64,000 bases of DNA, taken from the IMG/VR virus record IMGVR_UViG_2784746770_000001, positions 32,001 to 96,000 of that record; one strand, given 5' to 3'. The DNA is from a virus. Taxonomy: Duplodnaviria; Caudoviricetes. The translations under genes were made by a program, and so were the position numbers. The notes under the pieces were generated by a model. That model was given only the letters and a program-made list of their open reading frames with translations, was not told where the DNA came from and ran no database searches. Of this stretch, positions 1 through 9,375 are shown in pieces; positions within the stretch are counted from its first letter, which is position 1; every line of letters starts with the position of its first letter.

Positions 1-2049
1 ACCTCCTACAAGGTCGTCGCCATCGCCGAGCTGCCCGACGGCATGCGGTACTTGACGCTGGAAGACGGCGACGGAATCCGGGTCCGACGGACCCTCGCCG
101 CTTCCGACCCGCTGTGGCAGGTCCCCGACCCCTCCATCCCGGCATCGGACCTGGACGAAGAGCAGCGCGACCCCAACCCGGCGCCGGACCCGGACCGCAT
201 CACCAGCGACTACCGCGACTCCGTCGTCCGCGCCGTCGTCGAGGCGGCTCTGGGAGGCACCAACGAGCCCGGCAGCATCCACAAGCTGCGCCAGGACGTC
301 GCCGAACGCCTCACGCCGCAGGCCCTCACGCAGCCGATGAAGCACGCCCGCGAGGACGCCAAGCAGGCCATCGACGGCGCCGGCATCACCGGCGATGAGC
401 GGGTCGCGCTGCTGCGCAGCCTTCGCCCGGAAGCGGCCCGGGCCCGCCAGGACGCCATCAAGGCCGCCCTGCGCACGCTCAACGACCTGGAACCGCTGGA
501 CGGGGAGAGCGAGCAGGACACCGCGCGGCGTGCCGCCGACCTGCTCCGCCTCATCCCGGCCGCCCTGCGCGACCAGTACTCCCAGCAGGACACCGACACG
601 GACACCAGCCCCGAGGTCGACGCCGCGGTCACCGAGCACGTCGACAGCGCCGTCGGTGAAGCCCTCGCGCAGGCCGCCGACGGCCAGCCCCTCACCGAGG
701 AGCGCCGCGCGCAGATCGTCGCTCAGCTCGCTGAGCAGATGGCCGCGAACCGGGATGAGACCGCACAGCGGATCGCCGCCGCTCTGCCGCCCGGACAGCG
801 CGCCGGCGTACTGCCGCACATCCTCGCCGCCCTTGTCTTCATCGCCCGGAAGATCGTCGCGATCGTGGCCGCTTTCCTGCGGGGTATCGCACGGGCCTGG
901 CGGGGGAGCCGGGAAGCCCTGAGCAAGCTGAGGGAGAAGGCCGCCCGGTTCCGCCGTAGCCTCGCCGAGCGGGTGCGTTCCTGGCCCGAGAACCGGCGCC
1001 TTCGCCGCCTGGCTGCCAACGCGCTGCCGCAGCCCGACGACGGCGCCGACCTTGCCGACCGCATCGCGCACTGGACGCGGCTCCTGCCCGCGCCCGGCCG
1101 CTTCGGGCAGGTCTCCCGCCGCGCCCGCTGGTACAAGCCCGCCCGCCGGGCAACCCTGGAAGCCGGGCAGCTCCCGGAGATCCAGGACGGTCTGCGATGG
1201 CTCCCGGACCGGGCCGCCGACCGCGGCCCCGGCCGTGAAGCCCTGCGCCACCTGGCCGCGCTGCGGGCCGCCGGCGCGGATGTGGACGGCGACCTGACCG
1301 CCCGCCTTGCAGCCGCTCACCCGGAACTCGGCGCCGCCCCGCACAGCTCCGTCCGGGACGCGATGGACTACGCCGCCATCGCCGAGCGGCGCCTGCGGGA
1401 CCTCACCGCGGCCACCGCTGCAGGCACCGACACCGACGGCGAGCTCGAAGCCGCCCGGGTCGAAGCCGCGGGCGCCCGCCGGGACGCGGCGCGGCTCCGC
1501 GACCTGTACGCCGCCGCCCTGCCGGACGCAGTCCGCGACGTCCTGTCGCAGGTTCGGGAGATGGGACCCGGCGGCGCGTCCGCGCTCGTCGTCACCGACG
1601 ACAGCGACCGGGACGCCGCACGGATCCTCACGGACATCCAGCAGTTCATCCCCCGAGACTGGCTCACCCCCGCGAGCAGCCGCATGATCACAGCCCGGGA
1701 CGGCCAGGCCGGCGGGTACGACGCACACAGCCGGACGGCAACGATCGCCGACCTCGGCGATGACGGCCGAGTTACCGCCATCCACGCGCTGGTGACCCAC
1801 CTCCAGCGCGGCAACCCCGACATCCAGGCCGCCCAGGAGATGTACCACTTCACCCGGACCCACCGCGGGCGCGTGGGAGCGCGCCGCTCCTCGATCGACA
1901 TGCTCCTCGCCCGGCTCTTCCGGGACCAGGCCAGCACCGGGGACGCTGACGCCCTCGTGGCGCAGGGCGTGGCGACGCTGTTCTCCGGCGAGTGGTACCT
2001 CTCGGACGACCTGCGGGCCTTCCTCCTCGGCCTGCTCGCGACGCGGTAG
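1..2049 (+). CDS. C-terminal part of a large phage head-region protein, possibly with a degenerate zincin-like C-terminal domain (5' truncated)
   Basis: Frame is open from position 1 (TSYKVVAIAELPDGMRY...). C-terminus has AIHALVTHL...YHFTRT...QGVATLFSG...D.RAFLLGLLATR, reminiscent of phage HExxH metallopeptidase domains without the Glu (inference). Lies upstream of protease and capsid genes. Confidence 0.6.
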   Translation, partial: TSYKVVAIAELPDGMRYLTLEDGDGIRVRRTLAASDPLWQVPDPSIPASDLDEEQRDPNPAPDPDRITSDYRDSVVRAVVEAALGGTNEPGSIHKLRQDVAERLTPQALTQPMKHAREDAKQAIDGAGITGDERVALLRSLRPEAARARQDAIKAALRTLNDLEPLDGESEQDTARRAADLLRLIPAALRDQYSQQDTDTDTSPEVDAAVTEHVDSAVGEALAQAADGQPLTEERRAQIVAQLAEQMAANRDETAQRIAAALPPGQRAGVLPHILAALVFIARKIVAIVAAFLRGIARAWRGSREALSKLREKAARFRRSLAERVRSWPENRRLRRLAANALPQPDDGADLADRIAHWTRLLPAPGRFGQVSRRARWYKPARRATLEAGQLPEIQDGLRWLPDRAADRGPGREALRHLAALRAAGADVDGDLTARLAAAHPELGAAPHSSVRDAMDYAAIAERRLRDLTAATAAGTDTDGELEAARVEAAGARRDAARLRDLYAAALPDAVRDVLSQVREMGPGGASALVVTDDSDRDAARILTDIQQFIPRDWLTPASSRMITARDGQAGGYDAHSRTATIADLGDDGRVTAIHALVTHLQRGNPDIQAAQEMYHFTRTHRGRVGARRSSIDMLLARLFRDQASTGDADALVAQGVATLFSGEWYLSDDLRAFLLGLLATR

Positions 2050-2052
2050 GAG

Positions 2053-2301
2053 ATGAGCATGAGGGTGACGGGCACGTTCGAGGACGGGGCGGCCTACGAG
2101 GTAGAGATCACCGGCCGGTCCGACCGGCCGGTGATCGGCTCCCGCCGCATCGCGGCCCTCGTGGAGCAACGCACAGGCACCCCCATGGTGATGGCGCTGC
2201 TCGGGCCGGTCCGCGGCCTCGACCCGGCAGATGAAGAGGCGGTGCTCGCGCTGCTGCGTCAGGAGACGTACGTCGTGGAGACAGAACGCCGCCGAACCTA
2301 G
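2053..2301 (+). CDS. small hypothetical protein
   Basis: AGGAG just upstream, 3 nt after the stop of the previous gene, high-GC3 codon usage. Confidence 0.65.
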   Translation: MSMRVTGTFEDGAAYEVEITGRSDRPVIGSRRIAALVEQRTGTPMVMALLGPVRGLDPADEEAVLALLRQETYVVETERRRT

Positions 2302-2335
2302 ACCGCTCGGCGTGAACGGCCCCTACGCTGACGGC

Positions 2336-2545
2336 ATGACGATGAAGCGGACTCCCGGCAAGACGACAACGACCGTCAACCTGCGCGCACTGCTCGGTGC
2401 GCGCGGGCACCAGGTGACGCTCGTCGACCTGGATTCGTCCGTCTCGATCCCGTCTCCGGTGGCCGCCGACGAGGTGGAGGAGCGCCCCGAGGTCCCGCTT
2501 CCGGGCCCGATGGTGTGGTCCCCGGACGGGTACCGCTCCATCTGA
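2336..2545 (+). pseudogene. ParA/Soj N-terminal fragment (mini-ParA or remnant)
   Basis: PGKTTTTVNLRALLGARGHQVTLVDLDS matches the Walker A to A' region of ParA/MinD ATPases but lacks the KGG signature and stops after 69 aa. Confidence 0.5.
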
Positions 2546-2558
2546 GAGGCGGGGAGGG

Positions 2559-2586
2559 GACACAAGGGCTGTCAGCCCTTCAACCT
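2559..2586 (+). promoter_or_regulatory. late promoter motif copy (leaderless)
   Basis: GACACAA-N15-CAACCT, 6 nt before GTG 2593. Confidence 0.65.
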
Positions 2587-2592
2587 CCCCGC

Positions 2593-3162
2593 GTGGACTA
2601 CGCATACGCAGTGAAGGCCCTGCCCTCGGAAGGCAGCGAGGCGCCCGAGCCCGATACCGGCCAGCCCTCGGCCCCCGAACCGCAGGAGCGCACGGACGAC
2701 AGTCGGCCGTGGGCGGGAGACCCCTACGACGAGGGGGACGAAACCGACCCGACCGCAGCTCTGTTCGGCTTCGGCGGGCAGAACGGTGAGGAAGCCTGGC
2801 TCGACAAGGCGCCGGACGGCACCCTCACCGGGTGGGTCCGGGACGGCACCGGCCAGGTGTGGCGGTACTCGGACCCGGATGCCTGGGCGATCGACGTCGA
2901 CGACGCGGGCATGACCCAGACGCACGGCCCCGACGGCGGCACCGCGCCGGCCGCGCCCGGTGATGGCGACGCAGAGCAGGCCCCGGCGCCGGGTGCCCCG
3001 GACGCGTCTTCGGCCGATCAGGCCGACCCGTTCTCCATGGAGGTCGCCGCCGCGGGCGAGACCCCAGCCCCTGCTGACGAGGATGCCCCGGTCTCCGAGA
3101 CGGACGAGGACCTGGACGACGAGGACGACGAGGACGACGGAGCGAAGAAGCCGTGGGACTGA
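2593..3162 (+). CDS. acidic hypothetical phage protein
   Basis: ORF 2515..3162; start moved to GTG 2593 behind the promoter motif; Trp-rich core with acidic tails. Confidence 0.7.
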   Translation: MDYAYAVKALPSEGSEAPEPDTGQPSAPEPQERTDDSRPWAGDPYDEGDETDPTAALFGFGGQNGEEAWLDKAPDGTLTGWVRDGTGQVWRYSDPDAWAIDVDDAGMTQTHGPDGGTAPAAPGDGDAEQAPAPGAPDASSADQADPFSMEVAAAGETPAPADEDAPVSETDEDLDDEDDEDDGAKKPWD

Positions 3163-3174
3163 TGAGCAGCGCGC

Positions 3175-3202
3175 GACGGTAGCCCCTGGCCGGGGGCACG
3201 GT
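3175..3202 (+). promoter_or_regulatory. late promoter motif copy (variant)
   Basis: GACGGTA-N15-CACGGT upstream of the protease RBS. Confidence 0.5.
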
Positions 3203-3236
3203 GCGGCGATCACACCGCCGCCAGGAGGAACCCGCC

Positions 3237-5123
3237 GTGCCGAGCCCCCCGCCGCCCCGCAACCTGATACTGCCGCGCGGCGCTGCCCGCGCCATCTTCG
3301 CCGTGACCGGCGTCGTCGACGACGTCCAAGACCTGATCATTCCCGGCGCCTTCACCCGCACCCTGCAAAGCCGCAAGGTCAAAAGCGTCTGGCACCACGA
3401 ATGGAAGGACCCCATCGGTCGCGTCCTTGCCATCGAGGAGTGGATGCCCGGCGACCCGCGGTTCGCGACGATCCCCGGCGGCGCCGCCTGGCCCCGCGAG
3501 GCCGGCGCCCTCGTCGCCGTCGTGAAGTTCAACCTCCGCACCGTCCGCGGCCGCGACGCCTACGAGCAGGTGCGCGACTGGCACGACGCCAACGAGGCCC
3601 AGTTCTCCATCGGCTACAAGGTCCCGCCCGGTGGGGCCTCCAAGCGCCACGACGGCGTCAGGATCATCCACGACCTCGACCTGTACGAGGTCAGCCCGGT
3701 ACTGCACGGCGCGCATCCCCTGACCCGCAGTATCGAGGTCAAGTCCGGCCGCGCCGACGACCTGGAGCGCAAGGCCACCTGGTCCTCCATCGAGCTGGAG
3801 CAGAAAGCCGCCGAGACCCAGACGGGCAAGGGCGTAATGGTCGCCCTGTACCCGCCGCTGGACGTCGCGGAGCGGATCGCCCAGCCCAACGGCACCCCGG
3901 CCGAAGAACTCCACGTCACCCTCGCCTACCTCGGCGACGCCGCCGACCTCGGCGACGCTGCCGAGGATCTGCGCACCGTCGTCTCCGACGCGGTACGGGC
4001 CGCGACCCCGCTCAAGGGGACGATCGGCGGCATCGGGACTTTCCCCGACAGCGGCGACGGCGCTCCCACATGGGTGCCCGTGGACGTGCCGGGCCTCACC
4101 GAACTTCGCCAGGCCATCGCCACCGCACTCGCCACCTCCCCGTACGCCGAGGCCGTGCGCACGAACCACGGCTTCACCCCGCACCTCACCCTCGGCTACG
4201 ACATGCCCCCCATCGAGCCGGTGCCGGCCACCCCCGTCACCTTCGACCAGGTGTACGTCGTCTTCGGAGCCGACCGGATCCCGGTGCCGCTCGCCGGCCG
4301 CACTCCCGAGGTCTCCGCCCCGGAGCCCGTCGAGACCAAGACCGCGCGCACCGCCGTCATGGAGGCCAAGGCCGCCCGCCCGCGCATCGCCAAACCGGCC
4401 CACGCCGCCGTCCTCGAAGCCAAGTCCGCCCTGTCCTACCCGGAGGCTCCCGTGAGTGCGCCCATGCCCTACTCCTTCGAACAGCTCCGCACCCGCCTCG
4501 GCGACGCGGCCCGCGCCCTCCTCAACAGCGACGGCGACGGCTGCTTTGTGATGGTCGAGGCGACCTACCCGGACCGCGTCATCGTCTCCCACCACCAGGA
4601 CGGCGAGACGCGGACGTACGCCATCCCGTACACCGCCACCGGCCGGGACATCGACCTCGGCACCCCCCAGCCGGTCGAGCTGGCCACGATCGCCCTGCCC
4701 GCCGAGGGAACCCAGCGGCCTGTTGACGGCGACGAAGAGATCGACGCCCGCTACCTCCAGCCCGCTGTGGGCGCCATCGAAGACGCCACCGCCTCCGTGT
4801 ACCTGGCGCCCGCCACGCCGGCCTCCGTCGAACGGCTCCGCCCGACCGTGCGCAAGCTGCTCCACGCGATGTCGCAGAAGGGCGCCCCCATCGAGCCGGA
4901 TCTCTCCGCCACCTCGCCGGAGGGCGCCGGGGTTGAGCTGAACCTGTGGGACGACGGGTACGAGGTCACCGACGGCTGGGACGACGAGGACGAAGACGAG
5001 GAGAACGACACCCCTGCGCCCGCCGCCGCCCCGGACGACTCCCCGCCTCCGGCCGAAGACGACGACCAGGTCCTCCTCGACCCCGCCGAGGTGAAGGCCG
5101 CCCTCGCCGCCCTGACCTCCTGA
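3237..5123 (+). CDS. HK97-family prohead protease fused to a 2H phosphoesterase domain
   Basis: AGGAGG RBS then GTG. Protease motifs DLIIPGAF, WHHEWKDPIG, FSIGY, LYEVSPVLHGA. Two 2H motifs, LHVTLAY (about 3912) and PHLTLGY (about 4182). Acidic scaffold-like tail. Directly upstream of the capsid gene. Confidence 0.9.
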   Translation: MPSPPPPRNLILPRGAARAIFAVTGVVDDVQDLIIPGAFTRTLQSRKVKSVWHHEWKDPIGRVLAIEEWMPGDPRFATIPGGAAWPREAGALVAVVKFNLRTVRGRDAYEQVRDWHDANEAQFSIGYKVPPGGASKRHDGVRIIHDLDLYEVSPVLHGAHPLTRSIEVKSGRADDLERKATWSSIELEQKAAETQTGKGVMVALYPPLDVAERIAQPNGTPAEELHVTLAYLGDAADLGDAAEDLRTVVSDAVRAATPLKGTIGGIGTFPDSGDGAPTWVPVDVPGLTELRQAIATALATSPYAEAVRTNHGFTPHLTLGYDMPPIEPVPATPVTFDQVYVVFGADRIPVPLAGRTPEVSAPEPVETKTARTAVMEAKAARPRIAKPAHAAVLEAKSALSYPEAPVSAPMPYSFEQLRTRLGDAARALLNSDGDGCFVMVEATYPDRVIVSHHQDGETRTYAIPYTATGRDIDLGTPQPVELATIALPAEGTQRPVDGDEEIDARYLQPAVGAIEDATASVYLAPATPASVERLRPTVRKLLHAMSQKGAPIEPDLSATSPEGAGVELNLWDDGYEVTDGWDDEDEDEENDTPAPAAAPDDSPPPAEDDDQVLLDPAEVKAALAALTS

Positions 5124-5140
5124 TCCAGCCTTCACGCCCC

Positions 5141-5180
5141 GTGCTCCCGGCCCCGCGAAGCTCCGCGGAACCGGGAGCAC
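5141..5180 (+). terminator. GC hairpin between protease and capsid genes
   Basis: Inverted arms GTGCTCCCGG ... CCGGGAGCAC. A variant promoter element GACGTTA follows at 5183. Confidence 0.5.
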
Positions 5181-5295
5181 GCGACGTTAACCACTTCGGT
5201 CCTCTCCAATGCGCCTCGCGTTGAGGCGTCCCGGTGCTGGCCGGGCGAGCGACGCACGCCATCGCCCAGCCCAGCACAGGGAGAAGACCCGCACC

Positions 5296-6603
5296 ATGGC
5301 CACCGCCACCGCCGACAAGAGCCTCCTCAAGTCGCTCAACGCACAGCTCGCGGAGAAGTCCGCCGAGGCCGAGCGCATCGCCGGCACCTTCAAGGAGGAG
5401 AACGGCGCCTTCGTCATCAGCACCGATCAGCGCAACGCCTACGTCAAGGCCGTACGCGACGCCCAGGAGATCAAGGGCCTGATCGACGCCGCCTCCGGTG
5501 CAGCCTCCATCGGCACCTACCTCGACGCCCCCGAGGGCGGCGCCCCGGCGGCCGCGCAGCACTACGGCAGCCCGCAGCCGGACGCCGAGTTCAAGTCCCT
5601 CGGCGACATGTTCGTCGAGTCCGACGCCTACAAGCGGGCCGCGGCCGCCGAGTTCAAGGACCGGCCGTTCATCCGTGCGGAGATGGAGGGCAAGAGCATC
5701 TTCTCGCTCTCCGCCGGCACCCAGACCCACCAGGCCCTCGGTACCGGCCAGGAGCTCCCGCTCACCGAGCTCCGGCGCCGGAAGATGCACATTCGGGACC
5801 TGTTCCCGAAGGCCCGCACCAAGGCCGCCTTCCTGATGGGTGTCCGCGAGACCGGCTGGGTGAACAACGCCGCGCAGGTCAAGGAACGTTACGCCGCCGA
5901 CGGCGTCTCCCCGGCCACCGGTGCCGACAGCGACGTCTTCGGCCGGGCCCCGCGCTCGAAGCTCACCCTTGAGCCCGTGATGTACCCGGTCGCAGAGATT
6001 GCCCACCTGATCGACTCCCACAAGTCGATCCTGTCGGACGACTCGCGGCTCAAGTCCTTCATCAACGGCCGCATGATCGAGGGCGTCAAGTTCGCGGAGG
6101 ACTACGATCTCCTCCACTCCGTCGGTGACGGCCAGAAGCTGACCGGCCTCTTCAACGTGCCGGGAGTTCAGCAGTACACCGGCGACGCCAAGGACAAGTA
6201 CTCCGTCCAGATCCGACGGGCGATCACCAAGTCCCTGCTCGCCGAGTACGAGCCCACCGGCATCGTGCTCAGCCCCACCATGTGGGAGCACGTCGAGGTC
6301 GAGGAGGACGACACCGGCGCCTTCCGCGTTGCCCTCCAGGTCGCCGTCGGCGCGACCAAGCAGGTCTGGCGGATCAACGTCGTCGAGACCACCGCCATGC
6401 CGGACGGCAAGTACCTCCTCGGAGCCTTCGGCATGGGCGCCCAGCTCTACGACCGCGAGAACGTCTCCGTCACCGTCTCCTCCGAGAACAGCGACAACTT
6501 CGAGCGGGGCGTCATCACGTTCCGCGCGGACGAAAGGCTGAGCCTCGAAGTACCGCGACCTGAGTCCTTCGTCCTGGGGACCTGGACCACGCCGGCCCCG
6601 TAA
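5296..6603 (+). CDS. major capsid protein (HK97 fold)
   Basis: Coiled-coil N-terminal delta domain, then IRDLFP, EDYDLLHSVGDGQKLTGL, NFERGVITFRADERLSLEVPRPESFV, typical of HK97 capsids. Confidence 0.93.
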   Translation: MATATADKSLLKSLNAQLAEKSAEAERIAGTFKEENGAFVISTDQRNAYVKAVRDAQEIKGLIDAASGAASIGTYLDAPEGGAPAAAQHYGSPQPDAEFKSLGDMFVESDAYKRAAAAEFKDRPFIRAEMEGKSIFSLSAGTQTHQALGTGQELPLTELRRRKMHIRDLFPKARTKAAFLMGVRETGWVNNAAQVKERYAADGVSPATGADSDVFGRAPRSKLTLEPVMYPVAEIAHLIDSHKSILSDDSRLKSFINGRMIEGVKFAEDYDLLHSVGDGQKLTGLFNVPGVQQYTGDAKDKYSVQIRRAITKSLLAEYEPTGIVLSPTMWEHVEVEEDDTGAFRVALQVAVGATKQVWRINVVETTAMPDGKYLLGAFGMGAQLYDRENVSVTVSSENSDNFERGVITFRADERLSLEVPRPESFVLGTWTTPAP

Positions 6604-6644
6604 CAGGGCGAAGGCCCCCGCGCCTTCGACTCGGATTTTCCCAG

Positions 6645-6672
6645 CAGGGCCGGGCGACCACGCCCGGCCCTG
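6645..6672 (+). terminator. hairpin after the capsid gene
   Basis: CAGGGCCGGGCG-ACCA-CGCCCGGCCCTG, perfect 12-bp stem. Confidence 0.6.
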
Positions 6673-6698
6673 CGTCCGACCACCAGAACGAGGACCCC

Positions 6699-6968
6699 TT
6701 GCCGGACACCAACAGCGGGCTCATCAACGATCTCGACGCCCTCGCCGCCGCGGCCCCGGTGCGCAAGGGCCCCCGGTGCACACTCGCCCTGATCCTGGAC
6801 GCCCTCGACGAGCCGGCCGCCGCCAAGCTCCGCGAAGTCCTCGACTCCCCGACCTCAGCCCCCCAGGTTGCCGACGCCCTGACCCGCAACGGCCACCCCG
6901 TCCAGGCCCCGGCCGTCGCACGACACCGCCGGCGCGGCACCAGCAGCGGATGCAGGTGCCCGCGATGA
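6699..6968 (+). CDS. small Cys/His HTH-like protein
   Basis: GAGGA RBS and TTG start; GPRC...ARHRR...CRC; ATGA overlap with the next gene. Confidence 0.7.
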   Translation: MPDTNSGLINDLDALAAAAPVRKGPRCTLALILDALDEPAAAKLREVLDSPTSAPQVADALTRNGHPVQAPAVARHRRRGTSSGCRCPR

Positions 6969-8212
6969 GCCTCGAAGACCACCTCGACGCTCTCCTGCGC
7001 CCCGCGGCCGACACACAGTCCGAACCGCCCCAGACCATTCGCCCCGCCGCCATGGCACCCAAGGGGTGGGAGCCCGGCGTCCGCTACGAGCCCGGCGGCT
7101 CGATGCTCGTCACGGCCCCGGCCGCCGAAGCGCCCCCTCAGGACGAGACCGGGTGGCGCGAACGCGTCGAAGCGCTCGGGCTCGCCGTCCCCGACGGCTA
7201 CCGCGTCCGCCTTGTCGAAGCCCGGCACGATCCGGCCGCCTGGCACCGCGACGCCCAAGGCGAGGACGCCGTCACCCGGCCCGTATGGCGCTGCCGGTAC
7301 CTCGTTGAGCCCGCCACCCCCGGCTGGGCTTCCACCGACGACCTGAACAGCCTGGTCCGCGACGCCATGCGCCGTCGCCGCAAGGCGCGCCCCGCCCCCG
7401 AGACCACCGCCCGCGCGCTGGGAGTGGTGTACGCCGACCCCCAGGCCGGGAAGGTCGGACGCGACGGCGGCACGAAGGAACTCGTCGGCCGCATCGCCGA
7501 CCGCTTCGACCGCCTCCAGGACCACCTCCGGGATCTCGGCAAGGTCGGCCGCGCCCCCGACTCCGCGTACTGGCTCGATGGCGGCGACTGCATCGAAGGA
7601 TTCGAGAACGTCACCAGCCAGGCGTTCACGAACGACCTGACCATGACGCAGATGGTCCGGATCCACCGTCGGCTCACCTTCGAGGGCCTGGACCGGCTGG
7701 CCGCCGCCTTCCCCCGCGTCGTCGCCGCGACCGTCGGCTCGAACCACGCCCGCGTCAGACGCGGCAAAGACCCGGTGGGACCGCCCGAGGACGACTGGGG
7801 CATTGAGGTCATGAGCCAGATCGCCGACGCCTACAGCCGGAATCCCAACACCTACGGCCACGTCAGCTTCGTCACCCCCGAACCCTGGCGCGACACGATC
7901 TCCCTCGACATGGCCGGCACCATCGTCGGCCTCGCGCACGGCCACCAATACCCCCGGCCCGAGAAGGCCGTGGACTGGTGGCGAGCCCAGACCTTCGGCC
8001 GCCAGCCGATCGCCGACGCCCGCGTGCTTCTCACCGCCCACTACCACCATTTCCGCGCCCAACAGCTCGGCAACGGACGGCTCTGGCTTCAGGCCCCCAC
8101 CCTCGACAACGGGAGCGACTGGTACGCGATGCGCTCCGGCGAGGTCTCCCAGCCCGGCCTCATGGTCTTCTCCACCACCGCCGACGGCTGGGACGACCTC
8201 CGCATTCTCTGA
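6965..8212 (+). CDS. calcineurin-like metallophosphoesterase (Mre11-like, actinophage type)
   Basis: Motifs ADPQAGK, GDCIEG, GSNH, HGHQ and AHYHH in the canonical order. Confidence 0.85.
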   Translation: MSLEDHLDALLRPAADTQSEPPQTIRPAAMAPKGWEPGVRYEPGGSMLVTAPAAEAPPQDETGWRERVEALGLAVPDGYRVRLVEARHDPAAWHRDAQGEDAVTRPVWRCRYLVEPATPGWASTDDLNSLVRDAMRRRRKARPAPETTARALGVVYADPQAGKVGRDGGTKELVGRIADRFDRLQDHLRDLGKVGRAPDSAYWLDGGDCIEGFENVTSQAFTNDLTMTQMVRIHRRLTFEGLDRLAAAFPRVVAATVGSNHARVRRGKDPVGPPEDDWGIEVMSQIADAYSRNPNTYGHVSFVTPEPWRDTISLDMAGTIVGLAHGHQYPRPEKAVDWWRAQTFGRQPIADARVLLTAHYHHFRAQQLGNGRLWLQAPTLDNGSDWYAMRSGEVSQPGLMVFSTTADGWDDLRIL

Positions 8213-8224
8213 CTGCCAGGGGGC

Positions 8225-8252
8225 GACCCAAGGCATCACGGTCCTGCACCCT
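8225..8252 (+). promoter_or_regulatory. late promoter motif copy
   Basis: GACCCAA-N15-CACCCT. Confidence 0.6.
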
Positions 8253-8287
8253 TCGCCCGCCACACCGACGAGAGAAGGGACACCACC

Positions 8288-8770
8288 ATGGGTCTCTACA
8301 CGGAAGACAACACCCGGATCACCCGGGCCGCGTTCCCCGCGGTCAACACCACCGACCCGGAGATGACCGTCACCGCCGACGTCTACTCCACGAAGCCGTT
8401 CGACCTCGGCAGCCGCCCCTCCGACAGTCGCGACAGCGTCCCGCAGGGCTCCATCCGCACCCTCCTGTTCAAGGCCGGGGCCGTAGTGCGGAAGTCGCAG
8501 GTCGACAAGCTGTTCCCCGCCGCCACCATCAAGAGCATCACCCCGGCCACGGGCCCGGCCGCCGGCGGCACCGTCGTCACCATCACCGGCACGAACCTCG
8601 ACGGCATCGCCGACGTGAAGTTCGGCAACGCCACCGGCACCAACCTCAAGATCCTCTCCTCCGAGAAGATCCAGGTCACCAGTCCGGCAAACGCGGCAGG
8701 CGCCGTGAGCATCGTCCTCAACGACGACGCCGGCGCCCTCACCAAGACCACGGCCTTCACCTACGCCTGA
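8288..8770 (+). CDS. IPT/TIG (Ig-like) domain virion protein
   Basis: ITPATGPAAGGTVVTITGTNL...VKFG...FTY is the IPT/TIG signature. Confidence 0.85.
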   Translation: MGLYTEDNTRITRAAFPAVNTTDPEMTVTADVYSTKPFDLGSRPSDSRDSVPQGSIRTLLFKAGAVVRKSQVDKLFPAATIKSITPATGPAAGGTVVTITGTNLDGIADVKFGNATGTNLKILSSEKIQVTSPANAAGAVSIVLNDDAGALTKTTAFTYA

Positions 8771-8784
8771 CCTCCCAACCCCAC

Positions 8785-8812
8785 GACGTAAGCCGCTGCG
8801 GCCCACCACAGT
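8785..8812 (+). promoter_or_regulatory. late promoter motif copy
   Basis: GACGTAA-N15-CACAGT. Confidence 0.65.
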
Positions 8813-8833
8813 GCCGCGGCAACGCCCCCGAGC

Positions 8834-9361
<528 letters not shown>

Positions 9362-9375
9362 TAGGAGCAGCAGAG

